From an uncultured Actinomycetota bacterium (GTDB taxonomy: Bacteria > Actinomycetota > Actinomycetes > JAFAQI01), in contig CAVYQE010000011.1 of NCBI GenBank assembly GCA_963770565.1, forward strand, positions 736,001-800,000: 64,000 bases of DNA, written 5' to 3'. Of the stretch, positions 30,902-42,033 are shown piece by piece. The notes under the pieces are model-generated. The model saw only the letters and a list, made by a program, of their open reading frames with translations, was not told the DNA's origin and made no database searches. How positions within the stretch are numbered: position 1 is the first letter of the stretch; the number at the start of each line of letters is the position of its first letter. Made by a program: the position numbers and the translations under genes.

Positions 30902-31372
30902 CTACTGGGTGTCCGGTCTGGCGCCTGCCCGCTCGGTGCTGTCGACGACCGGGCGGGCGGAGGTCGCGGTGGACATCGGGCCGGGCTCTGCCAGCGCGCC
31001 CCAGCCGTTCGGAGCGAACTTCCGCTTGACCACGGAGAACGCCGCTGCTCCACCGGCCACGGCAAGGATGAGCAGTGGCCAGCGCCGCTTGGATTGTCGT
31101 CTGCGGCCGAGTGCCTTGGCCGGCTCGCTGGAGCGCACTGTCTTCATGACATCCGTCACGGCATCGCTGCCCCGTATCGCATCCACCGCGTCGCCGACGC
31201 GGCTCGCCGCCTCGGCGTACATCGGGCCGGAGGCCTCATGGGCGCTTTCGACCTCGGCCATGACGGCAGGCGCGATCTCGTCGCGCACGACGCTGACAGT
31301 CGCTTCTCGGACGGCACCAACCGCTTGGACCAGTCGATCCTTCGCCGCGTCCCGCTCGCGTGTCCTGGTCAT
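30902..31372 (-). CDS. Hypothetical single-TM protein
   Basis: Helical Ala-rich N-terminal part; KRRWPLLILAVAGG TM segment. Confidence 0.7.
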   Translation of the reverse strand: MTRTRERDAAKDRLVQAVGAVREATVSVVRDEIAPAVMAEVESAHEASGPMYAEAASRVGDAVDAIRGSDAVTDVMKTVRSSEPAKALGRRRQSKRRWPLLILAVAGGAAAFSVVKRKFAPNGWGALAEPGPMSTATSARPVVDSTERAGARPDTQ

Positions 31373-31543
31373 GTCCGCGCTCCGATCTGATCGCCTGCGG
31401 TGTGTTACTAACAGCGTTCCCAGCGACCGGTCCCTCAACCGCCCGCCTTAACATCCACGAGGACCGGAGCCACTTCCCGTACGCTGGCGTGGAGTCGTCG
31501 GAACTGCCGCGCCACGGGGTGATCGGATTGTCGGAGCACTGGT

Positions 31544-34309
31544 GTGGCAGGTAACCAGGCCGACCTCATCGGGCGCGCGACGGAGTGTTCGTCAATCCTC
31601 GCGGCGCTGGGCGTCGACGGTGCCAGCTTCGCCGCCGTCGTACTGACCGGCGAGGCCGGTATTGGCAAGACAGCGATCTGGGAGTCGATTGTCTCTGGCC
31701 GCCGCTTGGCGGGCGAACACGTGCTGGTCAGCCGTGCCACGGCGGCTGAGGCACGGCTGCCGTGGGTGGGGTTGGCCGACCTGCTGCATTCGATTCCGCT
31801 GTCGGTCCAGGACTGCCTTCCTGACGTGCAGCAGCGGGCCCTGAGAGCGGTGTCGTTGCAGCAGGGTGGCGCGGACGTGCTCGACGAGCGCACGGTTGGC
31901 ACTGCGATCGTGTCAGCGCTGCGGATGATGACCGAGTCTGCTCCCGTGCTGATTGCCGTCGATGACCTGCCATACCTCGATGTGGCCAGCGCCTTCGTCC
32001 TCGCCTTCGCCCTGCGCCGCCTGGACGGCATTCACCCCGCGCGGCTGCTCGCGACGGTCCGCGGCCACGACGTGCAGTTGCCGGTGGTATCGCAACTTTC
32101 GCCTGATCGATCAACCGCGATCGCCGTCGGCCCGTTGAGCTTGGGGGCGCTTTTCGCCGTACTTCAGGCTCGCGGCGGTGTCCGGCTGGCTCGGCCGTTG
32201 TTGTTGCGAGTACACGAGACCACCGGTGGCAACCCGCTTTATGCATTGGAACTGGCTCGGGCCTTGGACCGCCTCGAGATCAGCCCGAAAGCCGGCAGCC
32301 CGCTTCCGGTGCCGGTCGGGCTCGACGCGTTGATTGACGCACGCGTCCGTGACGTCGGACCGGAGGTGGCCGAGCTGGTCGCCGCGACGGCGGCCAGCTG
32401 GCGTTTGCACGCGATGGATGCGGACGCTGAAGCGATCGAGCTGGCGGTTGCGGCTGGAATGGTCATTGTTGACGAGCCGATCGTGGTCGGTGGCCCTCGA
32501 GTGGTGCGGGCGGCTCATCCGCTGCTCAGTGCGTCGGCCTACAACAGCCTGACCGGCTCCCGCCGACGAGCGCTGCACGAGCGCCTCGCCAGCGTCACCA
32601 GCGATCCGATCGAGCGCGTCCGACATGCGGCGCTCGCAGCAACCCAGCCCAGCGCCGACCTTGCCGACGAGTTGGATGAGTGCGTTACCGCCGTCCTTGC
32701 AGCCGGCGTCCCTGAACTCGCGGCCGAACTTGCCCAGTTAGCCCTGGAACACACGACAGATGGTGCTCGGCGTGCGGTGCGTCTGGACCGACTCGCCGAT
32801 GCGAGGTTCCGCGCCGGAGATAGCACGGGTGCCTGGCACGCACAGACAGAAGCAATGGAGGCAACCGAGGTGGGCGCTGCGCGGGCCCGTCGGCGGATCA
32901 GGCTCGCGGAGATCGTCGTCGAGGTGGCCGGCTGGGACGACGCCGAGCGTGAGCTTCAGACGGCCGTTGCGGAGGCATCGGACGATCCGCTGGTCCTCGC
33001 TGAGGCACTGCTCACTCTTGCGGCGGCCACCGACGACATCGCTCTGGCCGAGGCTTCATCCCAGCGTGCCCTGGACCTGCTCGGGGCGCAGGAGGAGCCG
33101 GATCCGGTCATCCTCTCGGGCGCGCTCGACCAGGTCGCCGGCGCCCGCTTCCGGGCGGGTCGTGGACTCGATCACGACATGTTCGCCCGGGCGATCGCCA
33201 TCGAGCGCAGTCACCCCCACCGGCGGCTCTCCGACCGCGCGGACACCAGCTACGCAGTGCTGTTGAAGTACGCAGACGACTTGGACGGGTCGGAAGATCG
33301 GCTGTGCTCGCTACTCGAGGAAGCACGCGCGATCGGCGACCTGTCGTCGATCACCTACGCGCTCGGTCACCTCGTGCAGATCAGCCTGTGGCGTGGCCAC
33401 CTGGCACAGGGCCGCGCCTATGCCGAGGAGCACCTTGAGCTTTGCACCTATGGGGAACTCGGCGGCCAGGGGACCCAAGCCAGGTACAACCTCGGCCTGG
33501 TGATGGCGTGTGAGGGCGGTCTGGACGAGGCCGAGCGGGTGCTTTCCAGCCTGCTTGACGACCCGACGACGAGCACTTTGTTTCGAACTCGCGCTTATGC
33601 GACGCTGGGATTCGTCGCGCTCTCGCGCAACGACGCCGCCGGGGCGCTCCTCCTTACGGACCGCTGGCACGAAGGCCTCACCCGGATGCATTTCGGGGAA
33701 CCCGGCTACAGCCGCTCGCATCTCGATCATTTCTGCGCGTTGATCGGCGCCGGTCGGATTGCGGACGCGGAGGCATTCCACACCGAGCTGGACGGACAAG
33801 CTCGACGATCTGGCCGGATGTCCGCAGTGGCGGTCGCACTGACCGGACGGGCGTTGATTGACGCGCACTCGGGCCGACTGGACGACGCCCGGTCTTCGGT
33901 AGCGGCCGCACTGGACTGGTACGACGCCTCACCCCAACGTTTCGATCGTGCGCGCACCCTGCTCATCGCCGGCCAGATCAGCCGCCGCGCCAAGGCGAAG
34001 TCCGATGCGCGGGACCTCCTTACCGAGGCCGTGAAGGAGTTCACATCGTTCGGCGCGATCGCATGGCGAGAGCAGGCAACCGCTGAGTTGGCGCGGGTCA
34101 ACGTGCGGCCAAACGCGCCCTCCGATCTCACCGAGACAGAGCGGCTGGTCGCGCAGCTGGCGGCGGCCGGGCTGAGCAACCGAGACGTCGCTGACCGCAC
34201 CTTCCTCGCAGTCAAGACCGTCGAAGCCAACCTCGCGCGCGTCTATCGCAAGCTCGGGATCAGGTCCCGCGCGGAACTAGGTGCGCGGATGGGCGCTACG
34301 GGTCGATAA
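31544..34309 (+). CDS. Large ATP-binding LuxR-family (LAL) transcriptional regulator
   Basis: Walker A GEAGIGKT, AVDDL, TGGNPLYALEL, a TPR-like middle region and a C-terminal LuxR HTH (LSNRDVA..F...KTVEANL.RVYRKLG). Confidence 0.93.
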   Translation: MAGNQADLIGRATECSSILAALGVDGASFAAVVLTGEAGIGKTAIWESIVSGRRLAGEHVLVSRATAAEARLPWVGLADLLHSIPLSVQDCLPDVQQRALRAVSLQQGGADVLDERTVGTAIVSALRMMTESAPVLIAVDDLPYLDVASAFVLAFALRRLDGIHPARLLATVRGHDVQLPVVSQLSPDRSTAIAVGPLSLGALFAVLQARGGVRLARPLLLRVHETTGGNPLYALELARALDRLEISPKAGSPLPVPVGLDALIDARVRDVGPEVAELVAATAASWRLHAMDADAEAIELAVAAGMVIVDEPIVVGGPRVVRAAHPLLSASAYNSLTGSRRRALHERLASVTSDPIERVRHAALAATQPSADLADELDECVTAVLAAGVPELAAELAQLALEHTTDGARRAVRLDRLADARFRAGDSTGAWHAQTEAMEATEVGAARARRRIRLAEIVVEVAGWDDAERELQTAVAEASDDPLVLAEALLTLAAATDDIALAEASSQRALDLLGAQEEPDPVILSGALDQVAGARFRAGRGLDHDMFARAIAIERSHPHRRLSDRADTSYAVLLKYADDLDGSEDRLCSLLEEARAIGDLSSITYALGHLVQISLWRGHLAQGRAYAEEHLELCTYGELGGQGTQARYNLGLVMACEGGLDEAERVLSSLLDDPTTSTLFRTRAYATLGFVALSRNDAAGALLLTDRWHEGLTRMHFGEPGYSRSHLDHFCALIGAGRIADAEAFHTELDGQARRSGRMSAVAVALTGRALIDAHSGRLDDARSSVAAALDWYDASPQRFDRARTLLIAGQISRRAKAKSDARDLLTEAVKEFTSFGAIAWREQATAELARVNVRPNAPSDLTETERLVAQLAAAGLSNRDVADRTFLAVKTVEANLARVYRKLGIRSRAELGARMGATGR

Positions 34310-34547
34310 CCGTGCGCTCGGCCGCGACCAATCGATCGCACGGCAGGCCGGCTCGACGGGCCAGCTCACGCACCGCCGCATCGTCGACCGCCGAGAATTC
34401 GAAGAACACCACCTCGTCCGCCAACATGAGGGTGCTCGCCAGGAACGTTGCATCGGCGCCGCTCAGCCGGACGAGCTGATCATCGACCACGCGGACGTCG
34501 GCAGGTGTCACCCCGGGCCAGTAACGCTCGATCAGAAAGCCCCTCAT
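34296..34547 (-). CDS. Small DUF4242-like ferredoxin-fold protein
   Basis: FLIERYWPG...DEVVFFEFSA...AGLPCDRL pattern; 83 aa. Confidence 0.65.
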   Translation of the reverse strand: MRGFLIERYWPGVTPADVRVVDDQLVRLSGADATFLASTLMLADEVVFFEFSAVDDAAVRELARRAGLPCDRLVAAERTVIDP

Positions 34548-34683
34548 GCGCCGAACGTAGAGCGCGATCGAGCCTCGACGCCAGACCGGCCACCCAGATC
34601 GAGGGTTTCCACGGATTCCCCACGAGCATTGCGCGCCTAACGTCAACGACGTCCAGCCTTGCCAGTCCGACGGGAGATTCTTC

Positions 34684-35232
34684 ATGCGCCGTCCCACTAC
34701 TTCACGACGACTGGCCGCACACGTCGCGATCGTCGGCCTCACGGCGTTGACCCTGAGCTCCTGCAGCGGCTCGTCGCATCCAGCCGGTTCATCAGGTGGT
34801 GCGGCAGGTTCGACTTCCGCAACGACTAGTGGAGCGTCGGCCACGGAGGCGAGCAGCTGCACCCTGGTCACGGCAGCAGAGCTGACTCAGGCAGTTGGCG
34901 TCCGCTATACGGCCGTTCAAGGTTCCGATGGATCGTTCTGTAACGTGACCGGCGCCAATGTGACGGACTCCTTCTTCTTCATTATCGACAAGGAAGGTGC
35001 GCCGCCGAACACGTGGGACGCCCAGGTCGCGATTGTCAAGCGCGACGACGGCTCGGATACCAGCGTCTCAGGCATCGGTGACCGTGCTGTCCAGGGCGCG
35101 GTGAAGGAGTTTGCCGTCGAGGCGAAGGGCTACATCGTGCTCGTGACCAACGCTGACTTCAACAACCCCGCGACCGCCAGCACCTTCGCGCGAAGCAAGA
35201 CGATTTCGCAGCTCCTGATCAGCAAACTCTGA
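34684..35232 (+). CDS. Lipoprotein
   Basis: Lipobox LSSC, Ser/Gly linker, CTLVTAAEL and VSGIGDRA. Confidence 0.8.
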   Translation: MRRPTTSRRLAAHVAIVGLTALTLSSCSGSSHPAGSSGGAAGSTSATTSGASATEASSCTLVTAAELTQAVGVRYTAVQGSDGSFCNVTGANVTDSFFFIIDKEGAPPNTWDAQVAIVKRDDGSDTSVSGIGDRAVQGAVKEFAVEAKGYIVLVTNADFNNPATASTFARSKTISQLLISKL

Positions 35233-35299
35233 CCCCGCCGCCGTCGTTTCCAACCATGGATTCACTCCGCTGCAAGACCCGCACCGCTGGAGGTACGTC

Positions 35300-36814
35300 G
35301 TGCCCTCGTCCCGTTCACGCTTGTTCGGCCTGGTTCGCCGCGGTTTGGTTGCCGGAGTTGCGATTGGGGTGACGATGGCTGGCGGTTTGGCGCTTGCCGT
35401 ACCGGCGAGGTCGGCGCCGGCGCGCGCGGTGGCTGCCGCCGCCGCGCGACCGGGTCCGGTCGGTGCTGCGTTCCCGATCTTGAGCGGTGTGTCGTTGACC
35501 GGCCAGGCCGGCGACATCGCAATGGGCGCCGATGGTACGGCGTACCTCGGGTGGATCTCGGCGAACATCTCCAACAGCAATCTGCGGACGGTGCACTTGT
35601 GTGTTCTGCCGCTCGGCGCGCGGGCCTGCAAGGGCGGGGTCCAGACGATCGACGCGGGCGATCCGTCCACTGCTGCGGACATGTTCGTGCTGGCCCCGCC
35701 AGGCGGCAAGATCACCCTCGTCTGGTATCACGACACTGCGAGCTCGGGTACCGACCCGCACGCGGCACAGATTGCCGAGGCGACCGTCACGAACGGCGTG
35801 CTCTCCTCGGAGACCGATGTGGCAGCCGGCCCGAGTCACGGCCAGCTCCTCGATGCGGTGGTCGGGCCTGGGAGCACGATCTGGACCCTCGCCTACGCGG
35901 GTGGGACCAGCCTGGAGCTGCGCGCGGGCGTCACGAGCAGCCCGGTCCAGGTGAAGATCCCGTTCGAGACCACGTATGCGCACTTGGCGTTTGCGCACAC
36001 CACTCCCATCCTCGCGATCACCGACGGCTCCGAGATCACGCAGCCGCCGTCCTACTCCTACCGACCTGGCAGCACCTGGAAGGCGTTCCGAAAGGTGCCC
36101 GGCGGCGCGTGGCAGCAGGGGATCGACTTCGGTCTGACCGCAACGTCACGCGGCGTCCGGCTGATCACCGGCGACGGCAAGACCAACTACTACACCTCGG
36201 TCGTCTCGCGGTGGAGCGGGACCGCGTTTTCGCCGGTTCGATCGACCGGCGACACCACCGAGGTGACGACTCACGACGACATCACCGATCGCAGCGGTCG
36301 GCTGGTCAACCTCTCCCAAGAGGGCAGCGACTTCGCAGTCGGCAACCTTGCCGACACCCTGCACGCGGCGACCTTCCGCTTCCCGGTGCACGGCACGACC
36401 GCCGGCTTCGCCGCGCAGGTCGCGACCACGCCACGTGGCCACGGCGTGGTGATGTGGGGCGTCCAAAAGGGCACCAACGGCGACACGATCTTGGTGCAGC
36501 CGTTCCGGCTCGCGGGGTTGCACAAGTCGGTGACGAAGCGCGGCAGTCACGGCAATGTGACGCTCGTCGGTCCGGCGTCGTGCCTGCCGGCGTCGAGCCT
36601 GTCGGTCGCGGTGAAGGGCCACGGCAAGTCCGGGTGGAAGGTCGCCAGCCACAAACTGACCTTGGACGGCAGGAAGGTCGGCTCGTCGATCAACGGTGCT
36701 TCGCTGCGGGCCGGTGCGAGCTACACGTTGAAGGGGACGGTCGTGTTTGCCCACGGCTCCTCCCACTCGACCGTGGTAGCCGCGCTGACCTTCCGCACCT
36801 GCCCCAACCCCTGA
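35300..36814 (+). CDS. Secreted beta-rich hypothetical protein
   Basis: RBS GGAGG; signal peptide with VRRGLV; paired Cys. Confidence 0.8.
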   Translation: MPSSRSRLFGLVRRGLVAGVAIGVTMAGGLALAVPARSAPARAVAAAAARPGPVGAAFPILSGVSLTGQAGDIAMGADGTAYLGWISANISNSNLRTVHLCVLPLGARACKGGVQTIDAGDPSTAADMFVLAPPGGKITLVWYHDTASSGTDPHAAQIAEATVTNGVLSSETDVAAGPSHGQLLDAVVGPGSTIWTLAYAGGTSLELRAGVTSSPVQVKIPFETTYAHLAFAHTTPILAITDGSEITQPPSYSYRPGSTWKAFRKVPGGAWQQGIDFGLTATSRGVRLITGDGKTNYYTSVVSRWSGTAFSPVRSTGDTTEVTTHDDITDRSGRLVNLSQEGSDFAVGNLADTLHAATFRFPVHGTTAGFAAQVATTPRGHGVVMWGVQKGTNGDTILVQPFRLAGLHKSVTKRGSHGNVTLVGPASCLPASSLSVAVKGHGKSGWKVASHKLTLDGRKVGSSINGASLRAGASYTLKGTVVFAHGSSHSTVVAALTFRTCPNP

Positions 36815-36860
36815 CGCCCGAAGCCTGACTCGAGACTCGATCACGGCGGGAGGTCAACGG

Positions 36861-38822
36861 ATGCGCCGGATCGCTGCGAGCATCCTCAGCCTGATGCTTT
36901 GTGCATCCGCCTGTGCTCATGGCGGCGACACCGCGGGCCGTCCGCGCGTCTCGCCGGCGGTCGGCCAGGCGGCGGGCAGCTCCACCCTGAACTTGGTGAC
37001 GGTGCTGGCCAACGCTGGAGTCGCTACGGTCGCCAACGCTTCCGCAACAACGCCTGAGGTGCCCGTCACCGGAACCCGGGTGTTCACCTTGACGACGTGG
37101 CAGGTCGCAAATCTCACCGTCGAGCTCACGGCCAAGAACGGCATCAGCGCCAGCGACCTGAATGCGATGCTGCCGAGCCCGCCCCACGATCCGACGTTCG
37201 CTGACATCATCGGTGGCTGGGTCATCGCGAAGAACGATCCGGATGCGGTTGAAGCCGGGCGGCTGCTCGGACCTCAGGACTGGGCGCAACCAGCTGGTGT
37301 CGTGGTCCCCACGGCAGTCACGACGTTGTTCATGGCCGATCTGCTGCAACACATCACTCTCACGGCGAGTCCGTCACCGACGGGATCCGTGAGCGGTGCG
37401 CTCTATCGCGGGCCGTCGACTGCGACGGTCGAGTCCGCCGCCGTGCCCGACGGGATCGTCGAGGCGCCTTGCACGACTGTCGCCAGGTTCGTGAACAACG
37501 TGCTCGACCAGGTCTTCAGTCTCCTCAAGCTCGATCCCGCCGGCGTCGCCCGATTCGTGAACGGCGCGGCGGGTGGCGGAACGTTCGGTGCGATCGCCGG
37601 GGGTGTGGCTGGCTTCCTCGCAGGCTTCTGGAACCACGTGGTCGACCTCGCTGAACAGTCGGTGCAGTCCCTGATCCAGGCGGTCGAACAACCGGTCCTG
37701 AACGCGATGTCGATCGCGATCGGGGCGGTCGCAGTCTTCACGATGATCAGGTCCTACCTCAAACCCTGGACCACCACCGTGACGCCAGACCCGGCGTCGA
37801 ACAGCTTTCCGCTCGCGCCGTTGCGCAACCCCGGCACCTTCACAGTGACGATCAACCGCAACGCCGAGGTCGAGGATTGGCCGTCCCAGCTGGTCGACTG
37901 TGCAGCCGCTGCAAACGTCGCCCTCCCGACCCTGGCCAAGGAGGGCGCCCCGGTGATCTGGGACGTCCGAGGCCAAGAACCCGGACTAGTGACCACCGGC
38001 GGGACTCGGGGCGTACTGAACAAGCAGTTCACCCAGACTTTGAACTACATGACCGGAAACGAGACACCGCGCGACCGTCAGCACGCCGTTGTGGTCACCC
38101 CGACCGTCAGGGCCACTGTCAGCGTCCGCCGCACCGAAGTTGAGGAACTCAGGAATCTCGTGACGAGCTTCCTGACCGGCAAGGTACCCAAGTTGGTCGC
38201 TCCGTTCGTCAACCCTGTTCTCACGAGCTACATCGAGCTCGCCACCGAGTATCTCGACCGGCTTACCGCGGTCACCGGATACGCGACGATCGTCGTGAGC
38301 CACCACGCCCCGAAACCACCACCGCCCTGCACGCCCGGCGCAGGCATCGTGCAAGCGGGGCACTACGCCGCCTCGATCAGGGCCAGCCTTCGATCCCACC
38401 TTCACGTCTCCAGCGGGATTCCAGTCTCCGGAACGGGCACCCTCACCATGACCGGTGAGATCGACCTCACCTCCGACGGCACGACCGTGACGGGCACCCT
38501 GACCCTGGCGGGCGGCGGAGGTTCCGGCCTCGGACTGCATGGCGTACAAGTCGGCACCAACAGCTCCAGCGGCACCCTCAAAGGCACGATTACCGGAACC
38601 GCGGCACACCCCGAGGTCAGCGGCACCCTCAGCGGCATCGACCAAGTCGCCGGACACACCGCCGCCACGTTTCATGTCCCGCTGCCCCTCAGCCGCGCCG
38701 ACTGCACGTCGATCACTGGCAACGTCACCGACCTGTTCACCGAGGTCCTCGCGGCCTATCACCTCACGAACAACCTCACACTCACCGGCACCGGAATCTG
38801 GACCGCCTCCCGCACCGGGTGA
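36861..38822 (+). CDS. Exported/lipoprotein hypothetical protein
   Basis: RBS GGGAGG; signal peptide with Cys; central helical region with hydrophobic Gly-rich segments; Thr/Gly-rich beta C-terminus. Confidence 0.8.
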   Translation: MRRIAASILSLMLCASACAHGGDTAGRPRVSPAVGQAAGSSTLNLVTVLANAGVATVANASATTPEVPVTGTRVFTLTTWQVANLTVELTAKNGISASDLNAMLPSPPHDPTFADIIGGWVIAKNDPDAVEAGRLLGPQDWAQPAGVVVPTAVTTLFMADLLQHITLTASPSPTGSVSGALYRGPSTATVESAAVPDGIVEAPCTTVARFVNNVLDQVFSLLKLDPAGVARFVNGAAGGGTFGAIAGGVAGFLAGFWNHVVDLAEQSVQSLIQAVEQPVLNAMSIAIGAVAVFTMIRSYLKPWTTTVTPDPASNSFPLAPLRNPGTFTVTINRNAEVEDWPSQLVDCAAAANVALPTLAKEGAPVIWDVRGQEPGLVTTGGTRGVLNKQFTQTLNYMTGNETPRDRQHAVVVTPTVRATVSVRRTEVEELRNLVTSFLTGKVPKLVAPFVNPVLTSYIELATEYLDRLTAVTGYATIVVSHHAPKPPPPCTPGAGIVQAGHYAASIRASLRSHLHVSSGIPVSGTGTLTMTGEIDLTSDGTTVTGTLTLAGGGGSGLGLHGVQVGTNSSSGTLKGTITGTAAHPEVSGTLSGIDQVAGHTAATFHVPLPLSRADCTSITGNVTDLFTEVLAAYHLTNNLTLTGTGIWTASRTG

Positions 38823-39121
38823 CCTGTCCTCACCGCGCGCGATTGTGGATCTGATGTGACGCGGGCAGCTCAGCTCGCCTACGGGCCGACAACCGTGACG
38901 CCGGCTCGAAGTGCCGGATCTTGCGGGTAGCAAGGATGGCACGTCGTGCGAGCGCGATCCGTGGCCATGTCTAGGTGAGGGCAATCCAGTAGCCCGTTCT
39001 GAGCGTCCGATCGGCTGGGGTCTGCGGTCGGGCAGCCTCGAAGACGCCTGCCACTTGCCGGTAACCGCCATAGCGCTTCCGCAGGCCAGGGGGACCGGCA
39101 GCTCAGAAGACCGCGAAATCG

Positions 39122-39256
39122 GATTGTCGAAATTCAAACGGATCGCCGGCTGTAGCACCTCCCACCTGCGGCTTTGCGCGGCCGGATGATCCTCGGCTGC
39201 TCACTGGTCGCTCGGAGTGGGCCGAACGACCGTGACCGACCGGCATCCACCGGAAG
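39122..39256 (+). repeat. Degenerate copy (F) of the att-like dispersed repeat
   Basis: ACCTGCGGCTTTGCGCGG..GATGATCCTCGGCTGCTCACTGGTCGCTC..CCGAACGACCGTGACCGACCGGCA aligns by eye with copy D. Confidence 0.6.
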
Positions 39257-39352
39257 CGCGGTCGGGGCCGACGGACTTGGCCGTGCCTCCCGCGAGCGAC
39301 CGTCAGCACGCTCAGCGATCCTGCGTTGTTTGACACGCCGCTTACAGGGGAG

Positions 39353-39390
39353 TTGACTGCCGCCGGATAATAGTTCGAATCATGTACAAA
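39353..39390 (+). promoter_or_regulatory. xylA promoter region with XylR(ROK)-like operator
   Basis: TTGACT at 39353; ATAGTTCGAATCATGTACAAA resembles ROK operators (TAGTT...ACAAA). Confidence 0.45.
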
Positions 39391-39403
39391 GAGTGGGGCG
39401 CTC

Positions 39404-40564
39404 ATGACGTCGACGTACCAATCCGCTCCTGAAGACAGGTTCAGCTTCGGGCTGTGGACGGTCGGTTGGCAGGGGGTCGACGTCTTCGGCCCTGCAACAC
39501 GTCCGGCGATGGATCCGGCTTATGCGGTGCACCGGCTCGCCGAGCTCGGAGCCTGGGGCGTCTCATTCCACGACAACGACGTCTTCGCGTTCGACGCCGA
39601 CGAGGACACCCGCGGCAAGGCGCTCGCCAGCCTCCGCAAGGCGCTTGAAGACACCGGCCTGGTCGTTCCGATGATTACCACCAACCTCTTCAGCCATCCG
39701 GTCTTCAAGGATGGCGGCTTCACCAGCAACGACCGCCGAGTACGCCGCTTCGCCCTCGCCAAGGCGGCGCGCAATATCGATCTCGCCGTGGAGCTCGGCG
39801 CCTCGACCTTCGTGATGTGGGGCGGTCGAGAGGGCGCCGAGAGTGCGTTCGCTAAGGACATCAAGGCGGCCCTGGACCGCTATCGCGAGGGCGTCAACCT
39901 GCTGTGCAAGTACGTCCGCGAGCAAGGCTACGACCTGCGCTTTGCCATCGAGCCGAAGCCCAACGAGCCGCGCGGCGACATTTTGCTCCCGACGATCGGG
40001 CACGCGATCGCCTTCATCGACTCCCTCGCCCACCCGGAGATGGTCGGGGTCAACCCTGAGGTGGGTCACGAAGAGATGGCCGGCCTCAACTTCGCGGCCG
40101 GCGTCGCCCAGGCGCTGTGGCACGGCAAGTTGTTCCACATCGACCTCAACGGTCAACACGGCCCGCGCTTCGACCAGGATCTTCGATTCGGCGCCGGCAA
40201 CTTGCGGGGCGCATTTGCTCTCGTCGACCTCCTCGAGTCCAGTGGATACCAGGGGCCCCGCCACTTCGACTTCAAACCTTCACGCACCGAGGACGAGGTG
40301 GGTGTCTGGGCCGCCGCTGCGGCCTGCATGCGCAACTACCGAGTCCTCCGCGAGCGCTCGAAGTCCTTCCGTGCAGACCCGGACGTTCAGGCCGCCTTAC
40401 AGCGCTCCGGCCTGGTCGAGCTCGCCACACCGACTCTCGCCGAAGGCGAAACGCTGGCGACTCTTCGCGCCGAAAGCCACCCAATCGAGGAGATGGCAGC
40501 GCACGGCTTCGCGTTCGAGCAACTCGATCAGCTAGCCATGGACCACCTGTTGGGGCTGCGCTGA
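39404..40564 (+). CDS. xylA: Xylose isomerase
   Basis: [45 protein letters not shown] and HFDFKP. Confidence 0.98.
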   Translation: MTSTYQSAPEDRFSFGLWTVGWQGVDVFGPATRPAMDPAYAVHRLAELGAWGVSFHDNDVFAFDADEDTRGKALASLRKALEDTGLVVPMITTNLFSHPVFKDGGFTSNDRRVRRFALAKAARNIDLAVELGASTFVMWGGREGAESAFAKDIKAALDRYREGVNLLCKYVREQGYDLRFAIEPKPNEPRGDILLPTIGHAIAFIDSLAHPEMVGVNPEVGHEEMAGLNFAAGVAQALWHGKLFHIDLNGQHGPRFDQDLRFGAGNLRGAFALVDLLESSGYQGPRHFDFKPSRTEDEVGVWAAAAACMRNYRVLRERSKSFRADPDVQAALQRSGLVELATPTLAEGETLATLRAESHPIEEMAAHGFAFEQLDQLAMDHLLGLR

Positions 40565-40574
40565 GGCCCTGAGG

Positions 40575-41975
40575 ATGCCATTAGTGGCAGGTGTCGACTC
40601 CTCGACGCAATCCTGCAAGGTTGTCGTCCGTGATGCCGAGACAGGTCGACTTATCCGCCAGGGCGCTGCCCCGCATCCCGATGGCACCGAGATCGATCCC
40701 GAGCACTGGTGGACCGCACTCCAGAGCGCAGTCGCACAGGCCGGCGGGCTCGATGACGTCGCGGCCATTTCCGTCGGCGGCCAACAACACGGCATGGTCT
40801 GTCTTGACGAGACTGGACGGGTGGTACGCCCGGCGCTGCTGTGGAACGACACTCGCTCGGCGAGTGCCGCCGCCGACCTGACAGCGGAGCTGGGCGCCGG
40901 CGAGTGGGCGCGGGCAGTGGGTTCGGTGCCGGTCGCCTCCTTCACGATTACCAAACTGCGCTGGCTGGCCGAAAATGAGCCAGCCAACGCTGCGTCGGTG
41001 GCGGCGATCGCCCTCCCGCATGACTGGCTCACCTGGCGTCTGGCCGACCACGGCACGGATGGCAGCCTCGACACCCTTGTCACCGACCGGTCGGATGCCT
41101 CCGGAACGGGTTACTGGTCTCCGGCAACCGGTGCCTACCGCGTCGACCTGCTCGAGCGCGCACTGGGGCGCGCCGACGTGTTGTTGCCCAGAGTCCTAGG
41201 CCCCGCCGATGCCGCGGGCCGAACCCCGTCGGGAGCCCAACTCGGCCCCGGCTGCGGTGACAATGCCGGCGCTGCGCTCGGGCTGGCTTCCGCACCCGGC
41301 GACGTGATCCTCTCCATCGGCACCTCGGGAGTCGCCTGCGCCGTCACCACCGAGCCGACCGCCGATGCCACCGGGACGGTTGCCGGGTTCGCTGACGCCA
41401 CCGGAAATTTCCTGCCGCTTGTCGCCACCCTCAACGCCGCCCGCGTGCTCGCAGCGGTGGCCTCGCTCTTGGGTGTGACCATGGACGAGTTCTCCCGCCT
41501 GGCGTTGACGGCGCCCGGCGGTTCGGGCGCACTGGTACTCGTGCCCTATCTCGAAGGCGAGCGGACGCCGAACCGTCCCGGAGCCAAGGGAGCTCTGCAC
41601 GGGCTCACGCTGCACACCGCGGATCCTGCGTATCTCGCCCGCGCCGCCGTGGAAGGTCTCCTGTGCGGGCTGGCCGACGCACTCGATGCGTTGGTCGGCC
41701 AGGGCGTCGAGATCGAGCGCGTCGTGCTTATTGGCGGCGGTGCGCGCTCGACGGCCGTTCGCCGGATCGCGCCGGCGGTGTTGGGTCGGCCGGTCGTCGT
41801 ACCGGCTCCGGGGGAGTACGTCGCCGACGGAGCCGCTCGACAGGCGGCCTGGGTCGTAGCCGGGGCTGCCGAACCACCGGCATGGAAGCGCGTCGGAGAC
41901 GAGACCTACGACGCTCCCGCGGAGCCATCGGTGCGAGAACGGTACGCCGAGGTCCGTGACCTGACTGAGAGGTGA
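40575..41975 (+). CDS. xylB: Xylulokinase
   Basis: [36 protein letters not shown] and PYLEGERTP; follows xylA. Confidence 0.95.
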   Translation: MPLVAGVDSSTQSCKVVVRDAETGRLIRQGAAPHPDGTEIDPEHWWTALQSAVAQAGGLDDVAAISVGGQQHGMVCLDETGRVVRPALLWNDTRSASAAADLTAELGAGEWARAVGSVPVASFTITKLRWLAENEPANAASVAAIALPHDWLTWRLADHGTDGSLDTLVTDRSDASGTGYWSPATGAYRVDLLERALGRADVLLPRVLGPADAAGRTPSGAQLGPGCGDNAGAALGLASAPGDVILSIGTSGVACAVTTEPTADATGTVAGFADATGNFLPLVATLNAARVLAAVASLLGVTMDEFSRLALTAPGGSGALVLVPYLEGERTPNRPGAKGALHGLTLHTADPAYLARAAVEGLLCGLADALDALVGQGVEIERVVLIGGGARSTAVRRIAPAVLGRPVVVPAPGEYVADGAARQAAWVVAGAAEPPAWKRVGDETYDAPAEPSVRERYAEVRDLTER

Positions 41976-42033
41976 GGGAAGGGTCGATCAGCCGAACCTT
42001 GGCGCCGACGTGTCGGGAGCTGCAGCCGGCGCT

